A stretch of 64,000 nt of DNA from Promethearchaeati archaeon SRVP18_Atabeyarchaeia-1 (GCA_037308085.1 CP147779.1:64001-128000), one strand, 5' to 3'. Shown: positions 27,760 to 37,360, counted from the first letter of the stretch. The notes: generated from the sequence alone by a model not told the origin. Numbers and translations are program-made.

Positions 27760-28275
27760 ATGGCTGAGGAAAGACTCTTCGAACGGATCGGAAGCACGGA
27801 GAACTTCAAGAAATATGTTAAGCTTCTTTTGAATCAGTACCAGATTGTTGACGGATACTGGTTCTCATACATCGAGAAGCAGTATGGGCTGGATATCGCC
27901 CTCAAGATGAATGAGGAAATATGGAGCAAGATCGGCACCAAGACAGCCAGAGACATAAAGTCAATGTTCAAACTCGAAGGAAAGGGCGTCGATAAGGTAC
28001 TGCGCGCACTGCAGCTGCTCCCTTGGTACACTATCACCGACTACCAGGTCTTCATGGAGGGCGAATCCGTGCGGATAGAGATACCGCACTGCCTCCCCCA
28101 AGAGATACGAAAGACGAAGGGAATGGGAGAGTACCCCTGCCGGAAGATGCACACAGGAATCCTTGAAAACTTCGTGAAAGAGATTGATGATTCGGTCAAA
28201 GTCAAGTGCGTCTTCGCGCCACCAGATGAGCACCCCAAGGACCTGTACTGCAGATGGATCCTAGAACCAAAATAA
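27760..28275 (+). CDS. DUF6125-like (V4R/HNOX-like) protein
   Basis: VDGYWF...YGLDIALKMNEEIW, HCLPQ..R...YPC, KCVFAPPDEHP...CRW. Confidence 0.7.
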   Translation: MAEERLFERIGSTENFKKYVKLLLNQYQIVDGYWFSYIEKQYGLDIALKMNEEIWSKIGTKTARDIKSMFKLEGKGVDKVLRALQLLPWYTITDYQVFMEGESVRIEIPHCLPQEIRKTKGMGEYPCRKMHTGILENFVKEIDDSVKVKCVFAPPDEHPKDLYCRWILEPK

Positions 28276-28379
28276 GGATGAGCCCAGATAAGGAATCATG
28301 AGAAGTTGCGCCAAGCGCAGATTCTGGCCCTTATACCGGTTATTCGGCGGTCTCATTGGAATATTCTGAATTTGAGCAA

Positions 28380-28456
28380 ATGCTGAGATACAGCGAATTC
28401 GAGAATTTCGTAACAAGATTCCCATGAAAGGCGCCAAACAAGGAGCCCGATTGCAG
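28380..28456 (+). repeat. decayed copy of the 3' end of the HTH-repeat nuclease gene
   Basis: Encodes LRYSEFENFVTRFP-stop versus the nuclease's LKYAEFERFVSTCL-stop; 34/48 nt identical with TGA in the same position. Confidence 0.75.
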
Positions 28457-28463
28457 TTCGATA

Positions 28464-29081
28464 TTACCTCTTTCTCCCGAGAAGGACAGCTGCAAGGAGA
28501 ACCACCGCAGGCGCCACAACTACTGCAGCAACCGCGGTACTCGCCGGGATTGGCGCGTATACGTCCACCTCTAATGGGCCAAAACTCAACCCGTATCCCA
28601 ACCCGCCATAGAATAGACCCACGATGAAATAACGCCCAGGCTGAACTGGGACTCCCCAAGGATTCCATAGAGTCTGGTTGCAGGTCTGCGGCCAAATCAG
28701 AACAGCTGTGACACTTTCCCCAGGGCTAAGGGGAATTCCCCAAAGAACAGAAGGAACAGCCAGAAAAGCGCCATCGACATACACGATATTGTTTGACAAG
28801 TCATACACCGTAAAACCAAACATCAACGCCGAGCCCACGAGAGTTACATTATGATCGCAGATGTTCGTGACGGTGAAGGTAATGTTTACAGGTTCTCCAA
28901 CCCAAAATGTTGTCTTCTGCACCGCAATGGTAAAACTGATCTCGCCTTGCCCATCAACCCTCTCCGCTGCGAGCGGAGTGGTGGCGGAAGGCTGCTTCAC
29001 GCCAAAACCAAAGGCGCACACCATCCCGACCCCAACAACCAAGGCAAGAACCAACAGCGCACGCGCCCTACCGGAAAGCAA
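28464..29081 (-). CDS. secreted, C-terminally anchored Ig-like protein (BsuPI-like domain)
   Basis: TTG start, signal peptide, GEPVNITFTVTN, LSPGES, WPQ, VQPGRY, C-terminal TM plus RKR. The upstream part of the track's ORF is a shadow of the GNAT gene. Confidence 0.7.
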   Translation of the reverse strand: MLSGRARALLVLALVVGVGMVCAFGFGVKQPSATTPLAAERVDGQGEISFTIAVQKTTFWVGEPVNITFTVTNICDHNVTLVGSALMFGFTVYDLSNNIVYVDGAFLAVPSVLWGIPLSPGESVTAVLIWPQTCNQTLWNPWGVPVQPGRYFIVGLFYGGLGYGLSFGPLEVDVYAPIPASTAVAAVVVAPAVVLLAAVLLGRKR

Positions 29082-29232
29082 AGCATCCACTCCACAAATA
29101 CAAGCGCACCCGAAGGAATAAATGTCTGTGCCTCCGAACGCCATAGCCCTACCAAGAATACGCCAACATTTCCAGAAAAGTCGCCCAACTAGACACTTAC
29201 CCTTGAAGAAAGAAATCAAGCTTGGAACTTCG

Positions 29233-29736
29233 CTACAAGTTCTTGATGAATGGAATCGTCTTGAAGTCGTATTCAGTGCGCAGCCGCTCCCCAGTATCCC
29301 TGAACCCCATCCTGATCCAAAAACCATAGGACTTCCAAGGAACACCCTGCGCATTCTCCGTAGTATCAGTCCTCACCAGGGAAAACCCACACTCCCTGGC
29401 AACGCCTTCAACGTGAGCCACAAGAGCCCTACCAACCCCCTTCCCCTGCTCATCCCTCCTCACATCAAGGTTGTCGATATCGACGTAACCACGTTCCCTC
29501 TTGAACACGATGAACCCAACTACCCTCCCATCCCGCTCAGCCACGGCAACCTCAAAACCACCCTTCAACCTATTCCCCCGAGCCCAAGCCTTCGCCAGCA
29601 CATCAGGCGAGGAAAAGGTAGCAAACTCAGTTGCGGTAAACCCCGCAACCTCGGTCCTCGTCTTCGACGATAGGTTAACCTCACATATAGACGGAATGTC
29701 TTCCCGAATCGCAGGCCGAACAATAAGCCTTGGCAT
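29233..29736 (-). CDS. GNAT family N-acetyltransferase
   Basis: VRPAIREDI, VVGFI, LDVRRDEQGKGVGRAL, FWIRMGF. Confidence 0.9.
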   Translation of the reverse strand: MPRLIVRPAIREDIPSICEVNLSSKTRTEVAGFTATEFATFSSPDVLAKAWARGNRLKGGFEVAVAERDGRVVGFIVFKRERGYVDIDNLDVRRDEQGKGVGRALVAHVEGVARECGFSLVRTDTTENAQGVPWKSYGFWIRMGFRDTGERLRTEYDFKTIPFIKNL

Positions 29737-29910
29737 GGCAGAGACAGTTAGCAGATTGTAGTATAATTCTTTCTGCTTCTTGGGATGTTTCGCTGTGGAA
29801 TCTCGGGAACGTCGAGCTACAGGTGGATCCAATACAGAGGGAGCCAAGCTGCTACTGTGGTAACCCTGCTTTCCTTTCGCATTTCAGTGTAGTTCTGGCA
29901 ATGAGCCTCA

Positions 29911-31242
29911 TTATTGGCGGTTCATCCTGACTGTTTCGGCGCCAAGCTTCCTCCCGCCATGCCTCAAGGCCATGCTGACATCAATGAGCACCGCCGCAGC
30001 CACGATCACTACACACAGAATGACAATCATATCCGAGCTTGATAGTACACCAAAAGGCTTCTCAGAGTGTGAACCCTCATTCAAAACAGAAGAATAGATG
30101 TAGCCAGGCATGAGCTGGTACGATGGATCAGGTCCATCAAAGCTTGGATCAGCCGCGAAAACGACGACAAGGTCCAAGTACGGGACGACGTATATGTGTT
30201 GGCCGCCGTACCCACTGGCGAAGTAGCCATCGATCAAAGGATACGTCCACCATTGATAGCCATATCCAACGAAATCCGCAACAATGGGGTTCGTCATATG
30301 TTGACGAAGCGACGTCTTCGTTGACTCTGCCACCCAGCCGGCAGAAACAATCTCCTCACCATTCCAAGTGCCGTTGTTCAGCATCAAATACCCAACCTTG
30401 GCCATGTCACGAGGAGTCATATACAGCCCGCCCGCTGTATCGTAGTAGCCACCTAGCGCAGTATCCCACGCAACATCTCCTACGCCAATAGGGTCAAAGA
30501 GGAACTTGCGGGCGAAGGAAGCAACACTATAATTAGAGGTCTGCTGAATTATCACCCCAAGCAATAAAGAAGCCCCTGAACAGTAGACCCATTTCTCTCC
30601 AGGCTGAAATGCCATAGGCAAATTGAGAAAATACTGAGCCCAATTCCCGCTATCATACATCGCGTGAAATGAGTTCCGATAGTCTGAATAGGGCAGCGTC
30701 CATTCATCCCAAGCCAGGCCAGTGGTCATTGTCAACAGGTGCCAGAGCGTCATGTTCCGCTTGCGCGAATCTAGATTCGCGATCTGCCAACCAGGAAAGA
30801 AATCGACAACCCTCTGGCTGACATTCCTTATGAATCCCTTGTCTATTGCGATCCCTATGAGAATTGAAGTAATACTCTTCCCAGCCGACTGCAAGTGATG
30901 CAGTAAACCATAGTACATCCCGTGCCAGTATTCCTCGCAAACAACATACCCATGGCGAACGACAATAAAGGAGTCGGTCGGATAGCCGCCATCAACGATC
31001 AGTTTGATCGCGTCGTCAAGATAGGCAGAACTCATTCCCTGTTCTTCTGGCGTGGAAGTCCGCCAGCCGTCCGTCGGCCAGTAATCCCGCGAAACCGCAC
31101 CATACCGTGTCGCGCTATTCCCCATAGAACCCACTACTCTGGATGCAGCGCCCGCTGCCGACACTGAAACAGACATAAGGACCAGGGAAGCGATAGCTAA
31201 ACAGTAAACCGTTCTCCTAGCTCTGCCCGGACACCATTTCAT
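29911..31242 (-). CDS. secreted, membrane-anchored serine hydrolase (beta-lactamase class C-like)
   Basis: SAGK (SxxK), HLLTMTTGL, YCS, ASGYGGQ; signal peptide and C-terminal TM. Confidence 0.9.
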   Translation of the reverse strand: MKWCPGRARRTVYCLAIASLVLMSVSVSAAGAASRVVGSMGNSATRYGAVSRDYWPTDGWRTSTPEEQGMSSAYLDDAIKLIVDGGYPTDSFIVVRHGYVVCEEYWHGMYYGLLHHLQSAGKSITSILIGIAIDKGFIRNVSQRVVDFFPGWQIANLDSRKRNMTLWHLLTMTTGLAWDEWTLPYSDYRNSFHAMYDSGNWAQYFLNLPMAFQPGEKWVYCSGASLLLGVIIQQTSNYSVASFARKFLFDPIGVGDVAWDTALGGYYDTAGGLYMTPRDMAKVGYLMLNNGTWNGEEIVSAGWVAESTKTSLRQHMTNPIVADFVGYGYQWWTYPLIDGYFASGYGGQHIYVVPYLDLVVVFAADPSFDGPDPSYQLMPGYIYSSVLNEGSHSEKPFGVLSSSDMIVILCVVIVAAAVLIDVSMALRHGGRKLGAETVRMNRQ

Positions 31243-31482
31243 AATGACCGCCCAGAACCTCACAGCCCGTCTGGAGGCATTGCCCTTTCCGCACAGTCCC
31301 ATGCCTAATCCATCTCTTAACAATTACTATCGAGAAACTGTAATATGGGGGCCTTAATGCCTCGATTACTTGGTTTATTCTCGTTACCCCGGAATTCGAC
31401 AGTAAAGGAAAAAGACGAGGAGCACCACCACAGGGACTGCAACCGCCTTGCGCGCCACAGAGAAGTTCGAGGAAGAGCAAGC

Positions 31483-32019
31483 TCAACTCATCGCGTAGCG
31501 GTCAATCGCTTCTCTTGCCCCAGTCAGCCTCTCTTTCACTTCCTTCCATAAGGCCTCAAGCTGCTTCTGGTAATCCTGCAACACCTGTTCGCCAAGCTTC
31601 CCCTGACCCTCCCCAATCTGCTTCTTCAGGTAAGATATCTGATCAAGAATAGTGTCCGCCTTGATTATATTCAGGCTAGTCTGAGAAAGGAGCTTCGACT
31701 TATCCTCCACAAGCTTACTGACAAGCGCGCTCTGCCTCGCCGCCTGATCTGCAGCAACCTTTGCGATTGCCTGCGCTCCCGCCACATTCTGCTGAAGAAA
31801 ATAGAACCCTATTACCGCTGCCACCCAGCCACTGAAAAAGCCTACCAGATTCGCGATGCCTGTGTACCCCCAAAAGATTGTCGCTAACACAGCCAAACCC
31901 ATTATCAGCATGAAAGAGCCAATGAACACCATCGCCAAAACGTATCTATGCTTCTCCGTTGATTCTTGCAGTTGCACGTCATGGCTAGCTGGTTGTGTCC
32001 TAATCTCTTTTTCATCCAT
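31483..32019 (-). CDS. hypothetical protein with two TM helices and a coiled coil
   Basis: Two hydrophobic helices ending VIGFYF, then a heptad-like tail; GGGGGA upstream. Confidence 0.6.
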   Translation of the reverse strand: MDEKEIRTQPASHDVQLQESTEKHRYVLAMVFIGSFMLIMGLAVLATIFWGYTGIANLVGFFSGWVAAVIGFYFLQQNVAGAQAIAKVAADQAARQSALVSKLVEDKSKLLSQTSLNIIKADTILDQISYLKKQIGEGQGKLGEQVLQDYQKQLEALWKEVKERLTGAREAIDRYAMS

Positions 32020-32193
32020 AATCTTGTGTCCCCCCCATAAATCCTAGTTCCTGTGAGCAGAGTCAATATAGGTCGTCAGTACTTATGCCGCTAGAATCTA
32101 GCTGTTCTCGACCTTATAAGGGTAGCAGCAATCTGGTATTGATCGCCTTATGAATCCTCTGCAGGTTCCAACCACAACTTGTACTGCTTATAG

Positions 32194-32500
32194 CTAGGGC
32201 TTTTCACTATTTGACTGCAACACTGCGATCAAAGCAACGATACCCAACACCAACGCCTACTGGAAACGCCCCCGTTCAAGTCGCACACGATTGAAAAGTA
32301 ACGTTCACAGGCTCTCCGGTCACAAAAGCGTTCTTCTACAGCGCCGTGGTGAGCTTAAACCCGCCTTGCTCATCAACTACCTCCGCGACGAGGGGCGTGC
32401 CAGCCGAAGATGGCCTGAGACTCAAACCCGAAACGCACACCATCCCCACAACAACAATCACAGCGGAAACCAAAACCGCACGCGCCCTACCGGAAATCAA
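32194..32500 (-). pseudogene. decayed paralog of the 28464-29081 secreted Ig-like protein
   Basis: ISGRARAVLV...GMVC..GEPVNVTF matches the intact paralog; in-frame TAG at 32338-32336, internal deletion, and the TM tail ALVLGIVALIAVL in another frame. Confidence 0.8.
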
Positions 32501-32559
32501 ACAATCCCCTCCCTCAGTAAAGGCACGCTTGCTATAGCCACTCAAATTCCCTTGCTGGC

Positions 32560-32799
32560 TTACTCTTCTCCAACTTTGCTTTTCTCCCGCCTCTGTTTCC
32601 TCTTGGCTTCCAGCTCACTTGTCCCGTCTGCGGCTTTGCTCGTAGTTGTTTCCGCTTCCAAGTCGATGCCAGTGCCGTACTCTTTCATAAGGGAACGAGC
32701 CAGCGCCTCACTTAACTTCTTGGTTATTTCATCCATCTCTTTGCCCTTTTTAGCCTGCCCGGGACTACGAGTTTCTTCTTCTTTCTCATTGCCCGACAT
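32560..32799 (-). CDS. small charged hypothetical protein
   Basis: ATG at 32799 after GGAGG; AT-rich TATA-like sequence upstream. Confidence 0.4.
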   Translation of the reverse strand: MSGNEKEEETRSPGQAKKGKEMDEITKKLSEALARSLMKEYGTGIDLEAETTTSKAADGTSELEAKRKQRREKSKVGEE

Positions 32800-33090
32800 T
32801 ACGCGATCCTCCAATATTGACGCAATGTACTGGGAAGCGCCTTTGATATAAATGATTTCATCGCGATGCGCCTTTCTTCTTTCTGACGAAGGAAAGGCAC
32901 ATGACGAAGATGAAGGCGCACACGATGAGTTGAACGATCCGTACTGCAAAGCGCCCAACAAGAGCAAGGCAAGAGGGAGTAGACATGCAAGCCTTTGTTC
33001 CTCAGGCGGACTCGCACCGGGAGCTGCGAGAAAAGTGAAGCAGAAGCTGGTCCATCCGATATCCGAGTCAATCCAGGGTAGCGAGCCAAG

Positions 33091-33108
33091 GAAAAAAAAG
33101 AGGGAAAT
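33091..33108 (-). terminator. oligo-T archaeal terminator after the 33142 gene
   Basis: TTTCCCTCTTTTTTTTC on the minus strand about 40 nt after the stop codon. Confidence 0.45.
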
Positions 33109-33141
33109 TAGAGTTGCCATTTTGAATGCTGCGATCAACTA

Positions 33142-34311
33142 CTATTTCATGTTGTGTCCAATCAGCTCGAAGACAAAGAACTCTGTGTTGGGCACATAAG
33201 GTGCCATGAACTGCAGCACTATCTTATCACCATAGTAGGTCTGAGCCACTTTGGTATCGCTGTAAAGAAGCAGAGATAATACACTGCCGTCCCTGGAGCC
33301 ATTGGTTGAAATAAGATCGGCCGACACAAGACCACACTTGTGACAGAGACCATTCTTGTCGACAGCGTAAAGCAATGCCTGGTTGAGCCATGAGTGGCTA
33401 GCATTGTATCCCGCCGGGTGTTCGTACAACTCTAGTCTATATAGCCTGTGATCGGTCAGAGCTGGCGCAGTATTCAGATTATGGTAGACGGCGACATCGC
33501 TTTCTGGGGCAACCAAGTTGTGGATGTTGAGCAAGCCTTCGTCAGCATAAGCGCTACCGTTCCACACTAGAAGATTGGGACACCCACCGCCCGTAATAGG
33601 GGTGTTCTGGTAACACTTGAACTCGGTGTACTCTGTATATGAGGGAGTATAATACCAAGAGAACCACCCGTAAACCCCCCAGGTCGTCTTGAGAGTTATG
33701 GAGGCTATCAATGAATTATACTTCTGTACTCTAATCAATGTTGTGAAGATTAGGTTGTATTCCTTAGTTTTGTCGTTGAAATTGTAGTTCCATATGGCGG
33801 GAGCTCCCCAATTCAGTAGGAGCATGTTTGGATTAACCTGGATCCCTGGATACGTGACCGTGTTGGTAGCCGAGAATGTAGGGTTCGCACCTATCGTTGC
33901 TGTGATGCCGTACGAGTATGATCCGACGCTTGTCGTTGGCTGATAAGCAACAGCTGTGCAATAGCTGGACATATCAATTCTGACCTGACCTGAGGCTATC
34001 CGTCCTGTCCCTGTTCCTTGGTTCACAGATGGATTCATGTCCACACTAACGTAAACAGCGTAGTAGTCATAGCTGGGATCGCTAGAAGGGAGATAATCAA
34101 CCATCCACTGAAGGGCCATATGACCAACATAGTATGTTTGACTCGCCCACAGGAACCATTCGGTGTCATAGTAATCCCTTGGGAACCCGCCCGACATCGT
34201 GTTGCTTACCCACAGATTATAGTTTGTGTCAGCTCTAACTGTTGTTACTTCGAGTGCTGCCATGCTTGAGAACATTAGAAGAATTATTGCTGTAGCTACC
34301 GCTTTTCTCGT
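33142..34311 (-). CDS. secreted beta-rich protein: leukocidin/hemolysin-like N-domain (tentative) plus a GGGCP-initiated C-domain
   Basis: Signal peptide (M)RKAVATAIILLMFSSMAALEVTTVRA from ACG at 34311; DPSYDYYAV, YQP followed by a Ser/Thr-alternating hairpin; GGGCPNLLVWNG...SWLNQALLYAVD. Confidence 0.6.
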   Translation of the reverse strand, partial: TRKAVATAIILLMFSSMAALEVTTVRADTNYNLWVSNTMSGGFPRDYYDTEWFLWASQTYYVGHMALQWMVDYLPSSDPSYDYYAVYVSVDMNPSVNQGTGTGRIASGQVRIDMSSYCTAVAYQPTTSVGSYSYGITATIGANPTFSATNTVTYPGIQVNPNMLLLNWGAPAIWNYNFNDKTKEYNLIFTTLIRVQKYNSLIASITLKTTWGVYGWFSWYYTPSYTEYTEFKCYQNTPITGGGCPNLLVWNGSAYADEGLLNIHNLVAPESDVAVYHNLNTAPALTDHRLYRLELYEHPAGYNASHSWLNQALLYAVDKNGLCHKCGLVSADLISTNGSRDGSVLSLLLYSDTKVAQTYYGDKIVLQFMAPYVPNTEFFVFELIGHNMK

Positions 34312-34377
34312 TTTTCCTTCCCTCTCCTCTCTTAGTACGCGGATCTGTCCGCGCCCGAACCTCCTCTTTCTATTAGG

Positions 34378-34388
34378 ATATATATAAT
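34378..34388 (-). promoter_or_regulatory. TATA box upstream of the secreted toxin-like gene
   Basis: ATTATATATAT about 70 nt upstream of the proposed start, in the divergent intergenic region. Confidence 0.5.
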
Positions 34389-34498
34389 CCTTGCGGTATA
34401 GCGGTATAACAGTAAAGTATAAGACAAAAGGCTTAAAATAGGGACAGATACGTAGACCACAACAAGGAAGAAAGCACCAGACAGGAGCCACCCGCACC

Positions 34499-34684
34499 TT
34501 GAGTAGAGTACATGAGACTATAGCGCACACTGGCAAGCAGAAGACATCGTTCACCGTCGATCAGGATCTCTGGAAGAAGTGGATCCTCTTTGTCGTGGAC
34601 AAACGTGGTTCTGCGCGCAAGCTGAGTCAGGAGCTTGAAGTAGCTATGAACGAGTACATGAGGAACCATAGGAGAGACAAGTAG
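34499..34684 (+). CDS. ribbon-helix-helix (CopG-like) DNA-binding protein
   Basis: KTSFTVDQDLWKKW...KLSQELEVAMNEYM. Confidence 0.7.
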   Translation: MSRVHETIAHTGKQKTSFTVDQDLWKKWILFVVDKRGSARKLSQELEVAMNEYMRNHRRDK

Positions 34685-34736
34685 GGACTCGAGCTATTCT
34701 GAGTCTGCCTTTCCTTCAATATCAGTGAGGGCTGGC

Positions 34737-34807
34737 AGCCTTTTCACGCCCCGATAAGAAAGAGGGCAGAAATTGTCTACTCCTTCTCAAAGAGCTACTC
34801 AGCAGCC
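34737..34807 (+). repeat. decayed copy of the sequence upstream of the HTH-repeat nuclease gene
   Basis: Shares colinear blocks AGCCTT, CCCGA.AAG, GCAGAAA, TCCTT, CAAAGA.CT, GCAGCC with 37460-37518. Confidence 0.65.
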
Positions 34808-34975
34808 GGCGACCGGGCAGTCACTAAGTTTTCTGACTGCAAACTTCATTTAACAATCTTGAATCTAATGTGTGTCCTGCCGGCGGGAAGTTGGAGATCA
34901 TTCTACCTTGTTCGGATTAGGAAATCCATTGAGTCCTGGTGAACTACCGATAATAGGCTTCGAGAGTCCTTGATT

Positions 34976-35476
34976 ATGGAAAAATATGACAAACAAGATC
35001 AGAGATTGATGGCAACTTGGGCTGCAGACTGTGCCGAAAGAGTACTTCCATTTTTTGAGAAGGCATATCCGAAGGATGATCGGCCCCGCAGAGCTATCGA
35101 GGCATGCAGAACGTGGGTTCGGACAGGCATGTTTAAGATGGCTGATATACGCGGAGCCTCTCTTGCAGCTCATGCCGCCGCCCGCGAAGCGAAAGAGAAT
35201 AGCGCAGCTTGTTTTGCTGCGCATGCCGCAGGTCAAGCGGTGGCAACTGCGCATGTTCCCGAACACGCCTTCGGCGCTGCTTATTATGCTCTTAAAGCCG
35301 TTGCGGCAGCTGACCCTGATAATGCCGAGGTTAAGATTGCCAAAGAACGACATTGGCAATCACGGCGTCCTCCAAAAAGCCTAAGGCAAGAAGTCCTAAA
35401 CAAGATAATAATCCAAAAACATGGCGACAGAATTCTCATCAAGATACGAAAAGGCAAGGATACTGAGGTACGATGA
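34976..35476 (+). CDS. Imm5-like putative immunity protein
   Basis: WAADCAERVLPFFE..P.DDRPRRAIEA...AAHAAARE...AAGQAVATAHVPEHAFGAAYYALKA. Confidence 0.85.
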   Translation: MEKYDKQDQRLMATWAADCAERVLPFFEKAYPKDDRPRRAIEACRTWVRTGMFKMADIRGASLAAHAAAREAKENSAACFAAHAAGQAVATAHVPEHAFGAAYYALKAVAAADPDNAEVKIAKERHWQSRRPPKSLRQEVLNKIIIQKHGDRILIKIRKGKDTEVR

Positions 35477-35565
35477 GCTCGAGAAATTCGTAACCATATC
35501 TTTAGAGAAGTTGCCTGACAAGGAAGACTTTCTCCCCACAGGAAAAAGCCGATACCAGGCTGCTG
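35451..35565 (+). repeat. decayed copy of the nuclease 3' end and its downstream sequence
   Basis: KARILRYDELEKFVTISL versus KVKILKYAEFERFVSTCL (43/68 nt); CACAG(G)AAAA.GCC.AT.C..GG is shared beyond the stop. Confidence 0.75.
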
Positions 35566-35851
35566 CCAGCGCACGCCTTGCCGAGGGGAAAAACCAAGCT
35601 CAGGAAAACTACTTGTGGTTCGGCGGTCTTCCCTAAGGAAGGAGAGACAAGGATTCTTGGAACCCAGATCCCCTGCCGAGTGTGTGATGCAGTTTCGCCA
35701 TACCTTGCAGACCGTGTCTCGGAAACCCCTTGATTTCAGCTTGGGGTAACCTACTAGTCTCCATATGATTGGAGCCATTGTGTCCTTGAAGAAGCTAAAA
35801 CCTGCAACCACATCCAAGCACGCGCCGAATCTGAATACTTCAGGTGACCCG

Positions 35852-36348
35852 TCAGCTATCCGGGAGACGACCGCGTCTCACCTTCCTTGTCAGTTTAGGC
35901 AGTGACTGCAATTCACTGCCGATTACGTGTACTCCGCAAGCCGGGCACGTCCCTTTGACATGCACCCACTCCAGGAAGTCATCCCGATGAGCAGCACCCC
36001 CGCAACTCGGGCAAGACGCAATCGAGTCGCCCCTATACAACTTCTTCCTGCATACAATGCACACACCAACCCCTCCCGCCCTTCATCTAGGGGCGTAGTG
36101 ACATCCTCGACTGCTTCCCCATCCTCAAATACCTTCGCCTCCCCCATCCTCACCTGCTCATTGATGAACCCAAGCAGGAACCCCACCCCAGAAAACAAAC
36201 CCAAACCACCAACGAGGAAAGCGAACACCTCCCCCCCGAATTTGCCCCTCACAACGGTAGGTGGGTAGCACACGACGACGAACAACCCGAACAGAACCAG
36301 CATGACTCCTGCAAAAAGAGGGAACAATCGAAGCGACCCATCACTCAC
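35852..36348 (-). pseudogene. frameshifted protein with two TM helices and a RING-like domain
   Basis: The TM ORF (start 36348) and RING-like ORF (CIVC..CPSC..H..EW..CPAC) join if one GT is removed from TTGGTGTGTGC at about 36060-36069. Confidence 0.6.
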
Positions 36349-36597
36349 CTCACCCAAGAAACCCGCCTCTTCACACGAGAGATCAGCGTACCCATACAAA
36401 AACGTTTTCCAGCCTGCGCATCTCTCTCCCTCTCGGATATAAATGAGAAAAACCCTCCGTACGAAGGCGCCCCGAGGATCCAAACCACAGCGCATCCTAA
36501 TCCGACCAATCGCGTCAGCGATCCCTAGACTGAGATGAGTGTGTCCCGCATCCCGCTATTTGCTCAGTCTCAGCTCGAGGTAGAATACTGATTCTCA

Positions 36598-36617
36598 GAC
36601 CCATGGTGACCCATGGT
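36598..36617. repeat. perfect 10-bp tandem duplication GACCCATGGT x2
   Basis: Directly visible in the intergenic sequence. Confidence 0.9.
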
Positions 36618-36701
36618 ATAACCGTTTCTGTCTCACGGACAAAGTTGAGTGGTTAGGGTGAATTCGCCTCAGACAGTGCTACCCATGAGAACGGAGAGCA
36701 C

Positions 36702-37360
36702 TCAGCGTCTTCGCCTAGTTGCGTCCCTCGCAGCGACGGCGAACACAGCCGCCACCGCACCCACTGCCAACGCGACAATAATGGCATTCAGCACAGAGTC
36801 TCCATGTGAAGAGGATTGAGACCCAAATATGTTGCTGGAGGTCAAGGTAAGGTAAGGTTTTCCCAATAACCCCACTTCACCCAAGTCTCCGACTTGACTC
36901 TCAGCCCAGTATCCACATCATACCACGTTCGGCTGAGATAGTCATAATAACGCACCTCGATATACGCCACACTTCTCTCTAAGCCCGTAACCAGCATTGT
37001 CATCGTACCATTTATCCGGAGATCTGAGCCCGGCCACAGTGGATCGCCCCTGCCCAGGTTAGGCATGACCAAGAACATCCAATCTGAGCCGCTCGAAAGA
37101 TTCGCCGTCCATTGGTATTCATGGACCTGATCCCCGACAAACTCCGTGAAGTTAAAGTGAACTATGGACCCTACCACACCAGTTATCTCGACACGCTGTC
37201 TACAAGTAATATTGTTCAGAGTCCAAGCACAAGTGTATTCCGCCCATTGCCCTGCCTGCACACCGACCTCGCCATAAGTCACGGCACTTGAAACCACCGA
37301 TACCGCCGTACACCCAATCAGAATCGAAACCACCAGAAACAGGCAAACGCCCCGCCTCAC
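36702..37360 (-). pseudogene. secreted protein whose C-terminal membrane anchor is out of frame
   Basis: Signal peptide and GVQAGQWAEY domain; removing one unit of AAGGT x3 (36844-36858) restores ENLTLTSSNIFG...TM-RRR. Confidence 0.75.

Noticed and set aside
29122-29673. 183-aa Pro/His-rich plus-strand ORF
   Set aside because: Antisense shadow of the GNAT gene in A/C-rich sequence.
33000-33030. tRNA T-arm-like GGTGCGAGTCC on the minus strand
   Set aside because: No cloverleaf, acceptor stem or anticodon arm can be built.
33142-33595. Hint/hedgehog autoprocessing domain at GGG-CP
   Set aside because: The domain does not otherwise follow the Hint pattern by eye; it resembles instead the CP-x-L-x-x-W-(N/D)-G domain of secreted proteins.
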